From Bugula neritina (Eukaryota > Animalia > Bryozoa), in NCBI GenBank assembly GCA_964035545.1, contig OZ037766.1, positions 4,020,722 through 4,084,721 of the forward strand: DNA of 64,000 nt. The letters are read 5' to 3'. This document shows positions 49,361 through 61,800 of this stretch, one piece after another. Each line of letters opens with the position of its first letter. The stretch's first letter is position 1. A model generated the notes under the pieces. It was not told the origin of the DNA, ran no database searches, and saw only the letters and a list, made by a program, of their open reading frames with translations. The position numbers were made by a program, and so were the translations under genes.

Positions 49361-49513
49361 AGTATCTGTTCTAATCAGTTTAATATCTGATTCGTGGCAC
49401 ATCGTGTCACTATGATATTAATCTGATTTTTGTAAATGGACGGAGCGCAGAAGCTTGCTTCGGCCCTGTCACGGGTTGTCTTGGTATTGCAGTACCTCCA
49501 AGCACGGCCCACC
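49361..49513 (+). ncRNA. U2: U2 snRNA, 3' fragment (nt 36 to end)
   Basis: AGTATCTGTTCTAATCAGTTTAATATCTGAT (stem IIa), Sm site ATTTTTG 49426-49432, stem III with GCTTGCT, loop IV ATTGCAGT 49486-49493. Confidence 0.95.
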
Positions 49514-49744
49514 TCCCCTATTGGGGAAAATAAAACCAAATTAAAATATTATAAAGGTCTTAATTAACAGTAGGCTTTTCCTACCATGCCCGCTGTTAAA
49601 TACGAAATTCAGATTAATTCATCGTAATATAGTATCAATGTTGAGAACAAAGGAGGTAAGCTACTGTCAAAATTGCCCCTAGTAGTTGGACCATATAAGT
49701 GAGATGGCATAACTTCTATGTATCCTTTGTGAGAACAAAAGTAA

Positions 49745-49856
49745 GTGTAATTAATTACAATAGCATGTAATTGTAATTAATTACATTGCTTTTTAATTGT
49801 AATTGGCAAATCTTCATGTAATTGTAATTAATTACATGTAATTGACCTCAACGCTG
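49745..49856. repeat. GTAATTAATTAC palindromic-motif repeat, probably a non-autonomous DNA transposon end
   Basis: Three GTAATTAATTAC copies ending in GTAATTGACCTCAACGCTG. Confidence 0.5.
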
Positions 49857-49902
49857 CTACCATGCTTAGGAAAAATTGATATGTATTGTGTATACATTAG
49901 CA

Positions 49903-50209
49903 CAGGGCTGGCCAACAGGCCCCATGGCCAAATGTGGCCCCTAGCATACATTTATGTGGCCCTCAAACTAAGATTATTTTTCACAGTATACAAAAATTAG
50001 AGTGAAAAACTACCTTTTAAATGTATTATTTATACACATGCTACAAAGCATGCAGCCTGCATTAAATCTATTGGGACTTTATTGTGTAATGATTCATAAG
50101 AATTTAGAATAAAATAATTTGAAAAATACTGATGCTGTTGCCCTCAGCTCAAGCTAAAGCCCTCGCCACTAAATATTCTCTTTCGCCCTGAAAATGTTGG
50201 ACACCTTCG
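49903..50209. mobile_element. hAT-type MITE, degenerate
   Basis: Ends CAGGGCTGGCCAAC and GTTGGACACCTTCG (9/14 inverted match), internal GGCCC motifs, 8-bp flanks CATTAGCA and TATTAGCA (7/8). Confidence 0.6.
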
Positions 50210-51044
50210 TATTAGCACCTTTGCTTCTTACTTAGTATATCTTTGTGTTTGTGTATTTTTGTTTTGTGTGATTTCCGGTGTAGTTCTTACTGCATGTATA
50301 CTTTTTCTAATTTGTTTTAGGTTACAGCTTACAAAGTTTACCTTAAAAAGCAACAGCCTTAGAGATCCACAGGTTGCATCAAAAAAGCTGTAGCAAAAAT
50401 GTAAAATTTTATAGAATACCTTTTATTTTATCAAACAAATGTCTAAAACTAACTTATGTTTTAAAGTCTAACAGTAATAAAAAATACACATGTATGCGCA
50501 TGCACACACACTACTGAACAGGCAGAAATAAACGAAAAATAACATATAATTGCCATGTCTCAAGCAATTTCTAACCACACTTTCCTTTAATAATAGATAA
50601 TGTATGCATAATTGAATTTTCCCAGTATAGTTTACAAGTTTTCTATTAACAGATTTTTGTTTCTTGTTTTTAAATGGCTTTTGACTTCTTGGCTATATAG
50701 AGTTACCTTCCTTATCATCATTGGATGTTTTATTCAATTTTTAATAAGTGAGATAACTCTAAATTTTTATTCAAAAGGGATGATTCCTGTAAATTACTAT
50801 AGGCTAATACTATTATTGAACCTTGATTATAGCGAGCCCGTTCCTCTTGCCTTTTTTAAGTAGGTCGCAATGATGTCTTCATAATATTACCAGTCCTTAA
50901 AATAGTAAATAGTATGCGAAGTACTTCAATTCAATTCTGAATACAAGTTATCAATATGAATATCGACAGGACTATAATTTCAAGGATTATTGTCTAAAAC
51001 TCAAATGAACAACATCAGCTTCAGCTAGCACGACAAGCTCTTAC

Positions 51045-51790
51045 TATTAATTACATTCTAACAGTAATACTAATAGTGAGACTCCTAGTAAATTTAATGA
51101 TGATTATAATTATAATACTACTAAGTACATTTTGATTTAGTACTGAAATACTAAAACTAAATGTAAATTCAAATTGTAATACTAATAGTAATACACTATA
51201 CAGTTACACAGGTTCACTGTCAGTTTTAACTTTACTCTTTTTAATTTTACTCATCACTCATTACTCATTAGACTTAGTCATTAAGTCTTAGACTTACCCA
51301 TTACATTTGATTTTATTTACTTTTAGTTTTAGTTTTGCTTCATTTTAATATACTTTTAGTTTTACTTTTAATCATTAAATTCAATTTAGTTTTATAATTA
51401 TTAATTTATTGTAGTAATACTGATACCAATAGTAATACTAATACTAATAGTAATACTAATACTCATTAATACTAATAGTCTAATACTAATACTAATAGTA
51501 ATACCGTAATAGACGGTAATACGCTAATACTAATACTGTAATACTAATACTAATAGTATTAGTAATACTAATACTAATAGTAATAGTCATTAATTGTGAT
51601 TGAGTAAGTATATAATCATAATCACTTATTAGTTATTAGTCATTTTGATTATCATTGACTTGATTGAGTTTAACATTATCATTATGATTAATATTATAAG
51701 AATAACTTTAACTATCACTAGTAGTAGCCTAGTAGTAGTATAGTAGTAGTAGTAGTTGGCACTGAGTCTTATTATGATTATCTTTATCGG
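51045..51790. repeat. TAC/TAG/TAA low-complexity field upstream of the Ly6-like CDS
   Basis: Runs of TAATAC, TAGTAA and TAGTAG. Confidence 0.8.
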
Positions 51791-52722
51791 CTATAGAATC
51801 ATGGTAATGATAATTGTTATTACATTTACAATCGATGATTGTGCCGTGATAAACTTGAATTTGGTAAACTAAGGGTAAAACATGATGGTAAGTTGAATTG
51901 AAATCATTTTCATTTTGATATTCAACCCTGATGGCTTAAATAAACAATTTTCAAGTCAAATTGTCACGAACGCTTACGAAATTTTCTGTTAATAATTTAT
52001 TTAAATAAAGAACAAGTGCTTTAGCATAATTAATTTTTAAAGTAATGAATAGGATGCTTCACAATTTTACTTACATGAATTTCATACTTGGGTTCAAAGA
52101 TATATTTTGGTTGAGTTTGCGTTGTGGTAGATTAACTTGATCAACAGTTGATTGCCATTACTATAGCTAAACTTATATAATGTAACTTTGTGGTGTGTCA
52201 GTCTCAATAACTCTGGTTGTAATTATTCAAAATCGAAAGACTATAATTTTAAATTAACTTAGTGTCCTCGGACTGTAAAAATATATTCAATAACATAACA
52301 AATGTTCTTGAAATTAAATATATCAATCATGGTATTGACGTATTATTTATAAAACATGATTCTTTCTATAATGAGAAGTTTATGTCTCAATACATGTGTA
52401 TTGAGACATAAACTTCTTCAGCAAAACTCAGGCTTTGTAATGACATGAAAGATCATTAATAGTAGAAAACCTTGTGGAAACTTGAATTGCTAAATTACCC
52501 TGCATGGTTTTTATTTTTATTTTCACACCAATTCACTCTCAGTCAAACCATTTACAATAAATAATTATTGCCCGATTGCATATCTATCTTCTTGATATTT
52601 ATTAATCTTACTATCACCAGTTACAGTACTTCTGTATTACTGCTTGTTTACAGTTATTTGAAGATAAACATTGGTCACAGATACCGTACTAAGACGTATG
52701 CTGGCGGCTGTATACTGACATT

Positions 52723-54274
52723 ATGGTTACAATGTTTGAAAGCATTCCTCGCCTGCTGGCTCTTGTAGCTTTTCTATGTCTTCTTACTGTTCCTTTTGGT
52801 AAGTATTTTGTTAGTATCAGTTTAATTAATTTTTTGAATTGTGTGCTATTCTCTTCACTTATTTCAGATGTAATAGAAGTTTATTGATAACAAGCCAGCT
52901 TTTACTGTTCTGTAACTCAAACTGTTGAACTATTAGAGTTGAGACTAGAGTTAGTAACTTCTATTTTTGAGTGTTTGATACTTGGATCTGACAATAGTTT
53001 TGTTTGCGAATAGTCTTGAAGTTAAAAAATAAATTTTAACCAGGTTACTGTTTAAAAGAACTTTATATTGTAATTCTTTGAATTTGTTTTTTAGCTTATG
53101 TTATTTTAAAATATGCCTTGTAAAATAAAATTGTAATCAGTTCATTATTTTTCAGCCGAAGGCATACAGTGTTATCAATGTGATAGTGACTTTGATGCAA
53201 ATTGTCCAGCCAATAAGCCATTTGATGATAAAATCAATGCACTTGTTGACTGCCTAAGTGACGAAGCCCATGTTCCGGGGACCTATTGTGTAAAAAGAGA
53301 GTATAGGAGCCCTGGTTGTAAGTTTCTTTAGTCATTTTAATGTTTTCTCATTAATTTGTTGACGTTTTTGTACAATTCGAAGGGAAATTTACAACATATG
53401 TAAGTTTAGTCCCTCATTTTTATAAGATTAGTTTTGTCTGTTTTTTGATTAAAATTATCACACTAATAAAGTTTGGCCAAGTCTTTTTCTGGTAGGTAAT
53501 GTTGTTATTGTAACTCATGTAAATAATATTTCAGATTTATAACATTTCTCTAACTAAATTTTCAGGGTGGGGTTGGCATAAGGTCACTCGAAGATGTGGT
53601 ACCTCCACTGGTGTAGGTAGGTGAACTATTGCTGTGTTGTATTTATCTGTGGGACTCCATCAGTTGATCTACCCCAACATATCTTGTGTGCCATTATGTA
53701 GTTATTCTTTAGTATCTTAAATGTCATTCAATTTAAGATTTTGTTCATGTTGTGCTCCTTGTCATTCCTACATTTTTCCAAGTACAGCTCAGAGGGCAAA
53801 ATAAACTGCAAGTAAATCTTGGCCTGTAACTGTTCTTTTTACCAAAGACCTCAGTGTGCTTTGCTCATGCATGGAATTACGTTCAAATATTCAGCTATTT
53901 TGATGTTTTGATTAAATAGATCTTGAATTGTTTGCTTACCCAACAAATGCCAAGTAAGAGTTTTTTTATTTGATGAGCATATGAAAATCGATGATACACA
54001 GGCTATGTTTCAATTGTATTCTAAAACATGACCTAATATTTTTCAACTAATAATAGTTAGAGACTCAATTTCAGTCACTTCTCTTCTGCAGCAGTTTGTA
54101 TTGTTGCGTATCAACTTTGTAGGAAGTTCAGCCACCTGCGCTCGTGGCATGGAAGATCAGGGAGTGGCTATTTCTGAATGTACTTGTAACACAGATGGTT
54201 GTAACACTTCAAGCAACATTCGTATCAGTCTTGTGTCTGTGTTTGTATCTCTTGGCCTTTTCCTAATGTCATAG
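52723..54274 (+). CDS. Ly6/uPAR three-finger protein, quiver/sleepless-like, signal peptide plus GPI signal, about 146 aa. Exons 52723-52798, 53156-53317, 53566-53616, 54123-54274
   Basis: Hydrophobic leader, IQCYQCDS start, 10 Cys ending CTCNTDGCN, hydrophobic C-terminal tail; all introns are phase 1. Confidence 0.88.
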
Positions 54275-55814
54275 TTTGAATTATACTTGTTTTCATTAAT
54301 AGCACAAGTCCCACAATCAAGACATGTGCCTAACTTGCATACATTCCTATTTCTGCATTCCACTTACTTGCATCTGTTTTACAGTTATCAATTTTCAAAT
54401 TTTATATGAGTAAGCGTCCATGTTATGTTACAAAATGAATATATTTCATATTTTTATCCTATAAAAGTTATTATTATAAACATATGTTTGTCAACATCAG
54501 CTTTATATAAGTTTATATCAGTCGATTCTTCTCTGAAATCAGCTATAAGAATTTACCAACCTCATTTTATTTCGCCGAATAAAACATTTAGTTATATTGT
54601 CATGTACTCTCAGCTCAGTGACTTTGCTAAATATTGAGTATATAATGTAGATTATAATTATTAGAAGTCTTGGATACCTCTTTTATATCATGATAAATAG
54701 AGTAATGACAAAGTTAATATCAAGGGATGTGCAGTTACATAAGAAATTCAATGTATGGCCCAATCAAGATTGTTTTGTACATCTATACATGTATAATGTG
54801 AATGGGAATTTCACCTATGAGCTCTAGGCAACAGTGCATTCTACTAGTTGACATTGTGTAGAGCCAGGTTAAGAAAACATGTGTTGACTAAAACTTAGAC
54901 TTCAGTGGTTTCATTTCATGTCTATTATTGAAAAGTAAACAATCCTTATAAAATAGAAGCTATGTGAAAAATCAGGGTTTAACATAAATAAATTAAGTTG
55001 AATAGCATAGAACAAAAATTTACAATAAAATCGCAGAAAAGTATTTGAATTAAAAAATTTTGAACACAAGCCGATCAATCATATAAACTATCGCAAAAAT
55101 GTATTGCTCTAAAAGTTGAAATGGCTTCACTCTACTATAGTTTTGTCTTGAATACTTTCATCAGCATTTTAGCTAAAAATAATAACTGTAATAAAGCGTG
55201 TTTTTAGATTAATTTTAGAAATAAACCTTAGGAGATCAATAAAATAATATGTCAAAGTGTATAGAAGATTTGAGGTTTCTTTCAGAAAAGCTTGTGTTCA
55301 AAATTTCCTGATGTCAAAACTCGAAAGTGAATATTTTTATTCTTTTTACAGACTCTGAAATGAAAACAATTTCCTTATTTTACCAGATAGAACTACTAAC
55401 TTATAAACTAGTGATTATATACTAATTAGAACACTAAAACATTTAGCTACGGCTGCACTAATTCTTTGTACAAGTCAGATAAACATAAATACAGTTTCAT
55501 AGATAGCAGTTAGTCAACTGTTTAAATGCAGATGGCTGCACACATAGAATAGAACCAAACACTGATACCTTACAAGAGGCAATAACTCATTAATATAGAA
55601 ACAAGCGCTCAACTTGATGTTAAACGATAATACTGAACATCACATGTCCAACATGTGCTCGCAAATTAAACTTAGAAAAAAAACAGAGTACATTTCGCTA
55701 GTTGTGAATTTTTAAGAATGTACACTACACACTACAATCTTCGTACAACATATAAAGAATATATTTAACTATTTAGTGAATATTTATACAATGCGGTGTG
55801 ACAGTCAGGAGGTT

Positions 55815-58800
55815 TCAAGAGGAGAGGGAGAGGCCACTCATCAGTCTCTGCCACAGCTCCTTCTTGCAGGACTTATTCCTCCTCAGTCCTTGTAGCAGTT
55901 CCTGGAACTGAGCCATCCCGTTGGGTAGAAGTCCAAATGCCTGCAAGTGGATACAATAGGAGCAGTTACCATCAACTGTAAGATCAACCACACTTCACCA
56001 AGTATCATACCATACTTCGATTTAACTTTTCGGCTAGATCTTATGGATAACCAGAGCAAAGCGTTGATTTATGAAGAGAAATGATAGAGCTGGCATACAT
56101 GAAGTGATACACCAGAAGTTTCAACAACACCCTGCCATTGCATGTTAGTATTATTAGCATCTGAGTATCTCTTATGGTGATGAATAATTCCATAAGCAAA
56201 TACACGAAGTGCAATCAAGGTTGCAATACATATCAAGTCAATTAAACAGTTGCCCCAACATGATCCTCAGATAAATAAGACAGACAGACAGACAGACAAA
56301 CTGCTTACTTTTCTGGCAGCGCTGACAATGCTAACAAACTCATCGTAATCTGTGGCTGGAATGTGGTGTATTCTTTGGTGTGCGCACTGAGTGAACCTAC
56401 ATACAGCATATAACTTACATATACTAGCATATAACTTACATACACCAGCATATAACTTACATATACCAACATATAACTTATGTGTATCGGCATATGACTT
56501 ACATATACCAGCATATAACTTACATATATCAGCATATAACTTACATATATCAGCATATAACTTACGCATACCAGCATATAGCTTACATATACCAACATAT
56601 GACTGACATAGTATGTCAACATATAATTTACACACATTAGTTTGACATACTTAGAACTTGGAAGTGTAAGTCACTGAATGAATAGGTGTAAATAAAACCA
56701 CATGTGACATTGTGGCAATATTATTACAATATAACTTTATGATAGGATTCAACAACATAAATCTAAATCTATTGCTTATAACAGCCCGTCTCATCCTACA
56801 ATCTAAATACCGATATATTTGGTGCAGTAAATCATACAAAAGTACAGCCAGAAAAAATTCAATTTGCACTTTACTAGTAGTAACAGTGGAGTAGTCTTGT
56901 TTTAATGTTTTTAATATTTTGGGACTGAAATCACAACAATAAATAAATTGAAGGTCAGTATTGCTATAAAACACATCCTACACAAGCGCTAACACTCACA
57001 TCTGAACACAGCGCTGCATGAGAGCGTTAAGCATGGGGGTCCTGAATATCGACTGAAACTGTGCCGGGCTATTCCTAGTCTGAGTGTTTGCTATTTCTGT
57101 AGCTATATCGTAGAGTACAAACGGACTGAGGAGAGAGTTGATGGCCATCTGACAGAACTGTTGTAGGTAACTAGGCCCAGTGTAGCAGGGGCCTGCAACC
57201 ATATTGTATGAGTAAAGACATGATGGTAAACAATCACAGTAACAAGCCCATAGCAAAGAGAAGGCAACTCTAAAAATCAGCTTTAGATATGATAAAAGAG
57301 TATTTAAAACATTTCACAATTTCACACAAAACTATGAAAAATTAAAGCAGCACTCAAAAAATTTAAAAAACTCACCAAGTTTCATGGAGAGGTTAAGCAG
57401 CCACTTGATGTCTTCTTTACACGAGGGGTTCCTGTTGTACTTAGCCTGTGGCCTATCGTCAATAATCCGACAGCCGTAAGTTTCTAGGGCTAGCATGCCG
57501 ACTCTGAAAGCCGAGAGTACGTAGTTTGTGTGGTCGGTGTTGTGGGTGGCAGCAATCTACAGAACAGATGTCCAATCAAACTACGAGTACGAAACAACTT
57601 CTCAGGAGATAAAATTTGTGAAGTCTTTTGGAATATGGCTAATAACAGCAAATACGCACTTGGCTTAGAGTGTATTGCTAGCAATAACTCAATACTAAAT
57701 ATTGGAATAACAATGCTCAGGCATTCTCACTGTAGCTATAAATAAGAATAACCATACAATTCAGTAGAATATAGAGAATATAACTCCATAACCAGACACA
57801 AGTTGTTATGGACGGAGAGAATCGGCATGCTGACCTGCATATGATGTTGTGACATGAGAGCCATGTTTGGCACCGCTGCCTGTGGGTGACTGAGAGGCAG
57901 CATGGAGGGTAATGACGGTGAGTTAGTTATAGCCATCACTGCTGGTTGCTGAGGAGACGTATTAAACACTGGGTTACCATTGCTAACGCCAATGTGGTAC
58001 ATCTACAATATTCATGTCATCATCACAATCACAAATGTTATGCTGCCACTCATGCCTGCTGTACAAAGTATAATCCTTTACATAATTACAATAAAACAGC
58101 ATCAAGTCATTCAATGTGAGCAGGCCAGTGTATCTAAGTACAAACATGACAGTAAAAACCTAAAATCTCAATCAACACTCAGAAATGTGGAGTTATCCCA
58201 CCTGATTCATAGTAACTGGCTGCGTGAAGGTCGGAGGTGAAGCAGCATTGTAGGCAACTGCTGACATAAATCCCGAAGGGTGCATTTGTTGAGATGCAGA
58301 GGGAGGGTAGCAGCTAACGTAGACAGTGTGATTTTGAGGGTACCCTGATATCCCTCCACCAGGTTGCTGTTGAGAAACTTGGCTAATGGCCGGATGTTGT
58401 GTTCTATACATGGGCTGTGGTGGTAGGTTAGCTGGGGCCGCCATTAGCTGAGGCTGTGATTGCTGAAATAAAAAACAGTCGTGCTGATAAAGAAAGCCAC
58501 ACATTTGGTGATATGCGAGTTAAAGCTAAAAAAATCTTACTCCAAAAGAGATGGTATCAAGGAAAACTAACTTAATTTAAAAACCCACTCCGCCATAGGC
58601 TGTAATCAGTGATAAAACCAGTAAACCTGTTTCCTATGCACTGCTGAGACACTTACATCAAGACTGTTCACCATCACAGGGATGTGAGAGATTGCTTGAG
58701 GTCTAGTAATGTTGGGGTTAGACATCACTGAGTGAACGAGTTGCTGCTGAGAATGACGTTGATGCGGAACAGATGTGGGTGGAGACATGCGAGCAGGTTG

Positions 58801-61800
58801 AAGAGAATTGTTCACCTGCTGCTGTGACTGGACAGCGTTGTTCTGCTGTGCCTGTCTCTGCGTCTCGTGTAAGTCACACCATTTCCTCGCCACATCAAAC
58901 AGCACTTCGGGGGACACGCCCCCGTCTTTGGCAGCACTTTCAACAGCCATACACGCCTACAGGTAAACAGGTTGCTAACATATACTACAGTATACTAAAG
59001 AAATGTAAGAAAGTGCATATAAATACCAACTATCAATCAATTCAGTTAACTTATATAATTAAATTTTTTAACATTTGAAATTGTTTCCTTTTAGATAAAA
59101 CCGCGTCTACTATTCCACCAACATATGCCAAAAGTGAGAGAGTTTGAGTAGACAGAAGCTACCTGCTCCAACATCTTATTGCTCTGCTCCTTGCACTGCA
59201 GCATGGCCCGCTTCGTCTCCTGTGGATTCAGAGCCTGAGCGTGAGCCAGACAGCTCAGCGCCAACTCGGCAGCGGCTTTGATCATATTGGGGTCGCGACC
59301 TCTGGAAGCGCGGTCAGTAAGCGATGCAACTTCTGTAGGCGTGAGATGACCCTCCCAAGTGTCCATTAAGATATTTATAGCCACTGTGCCTATCTCTATT
59401 GCTTGACCTGCGTCACACCACAGCTATATTATACTCAGACTATACTATATTATACTCAGACTATACAAAAAGTACCCACAAACTCCAGAACATGGCTATT
59501 TAATACAGCGGAACATGTGTTTTCTTTAAAAAAAATGCCTCAGAATGTGTGTCTATTGCTATAAAATTGACATCTGCTCATTGGTTGATGACAAGGTGAG
59601 AGACAATATAGCCACACCCACCAGTGATCCAAGACACGTGAGAGGAGTAGGTGCGGGACAGCCAGTTCTTGCTGACACAGTTATTGATGCCGAGTGCGTA
59701 CAACGCTATCTGGAAGGAGCAGAGATGGAGCAGTCGGTGGGTTCCGTGGTGAGAGTTTGTCTCCCTCTGAAACAGCATAGATGAGGAGAAAACTCCATAC
59801 ACAGCAATTCAGACAGGAGACAACATAAGACTTTCATCATTAAACATCATGGAAGGCGAATGGCTAACTAAACATCAATGCAGTCAGCTTATTCTTCAAA
59901 CACCCACCTGGTTGAACATGGATATTGAGCTCGTGCCTCCAGCCTTCTGCAACAGAGTCTTGGCGAGCTCAAACAGGAAGTGGGCCAACGCCTCGCTGGG
60001 CTGATTTGGTTCAGTAGGAGTTGCCTTCGCTTTACCTTTGTTTCTACGTATAGAATAGAATATCTCCATGTAACTTCTATAGAGCATGAGGAAAGACTCT
60101 CATCATACAGAGGGAAATGAACTAACCTGAAGTTGATATGATTCTTCAAGTTTCGAGGCTCGAGGTTGTACTGATACTTGAAGGAGGGGCTGTCGGTGTT
60201 CCTGGCCCTCTGGGGTCGTGGCATAGAGCTGCCAGACCCGACGCTGCTTCTCCCGCTGCTCTCCGAGTCACTGCTGCCTGCACCACCTCCAGTGTGCTTA
60301 GTGAACGGCCGTCTCACCACAGTAGGGGAGTTGTCACTAGATGTGGTCTCAGGGGCACTGCTGTCCACCGCCGCCATTCCTGTGAAGATAGAGAAGAGAG
60401 TGAATCGTGTTATATAATATAACGTATATGTCATGACACCTGGAGGAGTATAACAGAGTACAGGAGTAATTTTAATATAAATAATGTTTCTATTAACCCA
60501 ACAAGTTCCCTGAAAAACTGTGATGGTAACCATATAAGGTTCCTTGATGTCTATTTAGACTGAGGTTGACTTCTTTAGACTCACCGACAGAAGGGCGTTT
60601 CATTTTCCCATCGTAGTAACATCTAAGTTTTGAGGCTGTGGTTTCTTCAGAGGATGACACATCCATGAGCCTACAAAGACAGTCACATTTTTTACTCTAC
60701 AGAAGATGTGTTTCCGCTCTATGAAGCCAGGAAACTACATTCAGTAGACTTACTGTGAGGGGCGGTTGAAGGAGACTCGGTTAGCCTTGGGTCTCACCAC
60801 GTTATCTCCCCTTGGCTCGTCCATTGTTAGACTTACAAGGTTACGAGTCATTTGACCGATGCTAGCGATAATGTCTCGCCCACTGCAGGCAGCGCTAGGA
60901 CGTCCTGAGTTAGTGCTGCCGGTGGATATGTAACTGCTGATTGGTGGAGCCTTGAACAGACTGTGTATGTCTTTATCCAGAAGCTTCTCCAGGATCTGGT
61001 GAAAGAGAGACACAACTTAGGGAGCCAAGACCACAGTCACTTGAACAAAGACAATGAAACTACACTGAAGCACAGTGCTCCCTCCATATCTCACGGACCC
61101 AATTCTCCTGAAATCTAATAGGTTACAAGAAGGGCTTGGACTGAGTTTTGTGGCTTATGTATGTGTGTAGAGGATCATAATACAATGAAGCTACATTAAA
61201 GTAATGCTCATGTAACCATCAGTGCGTTTAAAGTTATCTTACCTTGTCAAGCCTGTACGAGTCATCTTTGTAGTGAACTAACATGGCTATGGCCAAATCT
61301 CCTTTCTGTATTCGCATTCCCTCGCATATGAGGGGGTGGTCTGCCTCGGAAATGTTGGTTTTCATTCCTAGCGCTGCCACGGCTGCCTCAAACCCGAGCT
61401 GCTCATCGGTAGCCAGTCTGGCACCGTTTACTTGCACACATCTACTCGGGGGTCTGCTGTTTGTTACAGAGTTGCTCAAGGCACCCTGGGCTAAAGTTAC
61501 AAACAGGTTGAGAGAAAATACTACTGCACTAAAGGACTTACTAAACTACTACTAGGTATCTCAATCTAACTAAAAATAACATATTAAATCCTGAAATATC
61601 ACAATATTGAACTTATTGATTGCTGTTACTGTGTTTATATAACAAGTCTTTATAGTTTGATCAAGTAAAGTAAAAGCCTAAACAGCAACAAAGATGAGTC
61701 TATAGAAAGCAAGTGATGACTCATCTCACCCGGTAAGCAGAGGCACTCGAATATGAGTGTAGTCAGCATAAGAGGTAAATGTGCTTGATCTCTAGAGATC

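Noticed and set aside
56267-56637. Repetitive ORFs and a CRISPR-like periodic array
   Set aside because: Head-to-tail 21-bp minisatellite with no unique spacers, in a eukaryotic intron.
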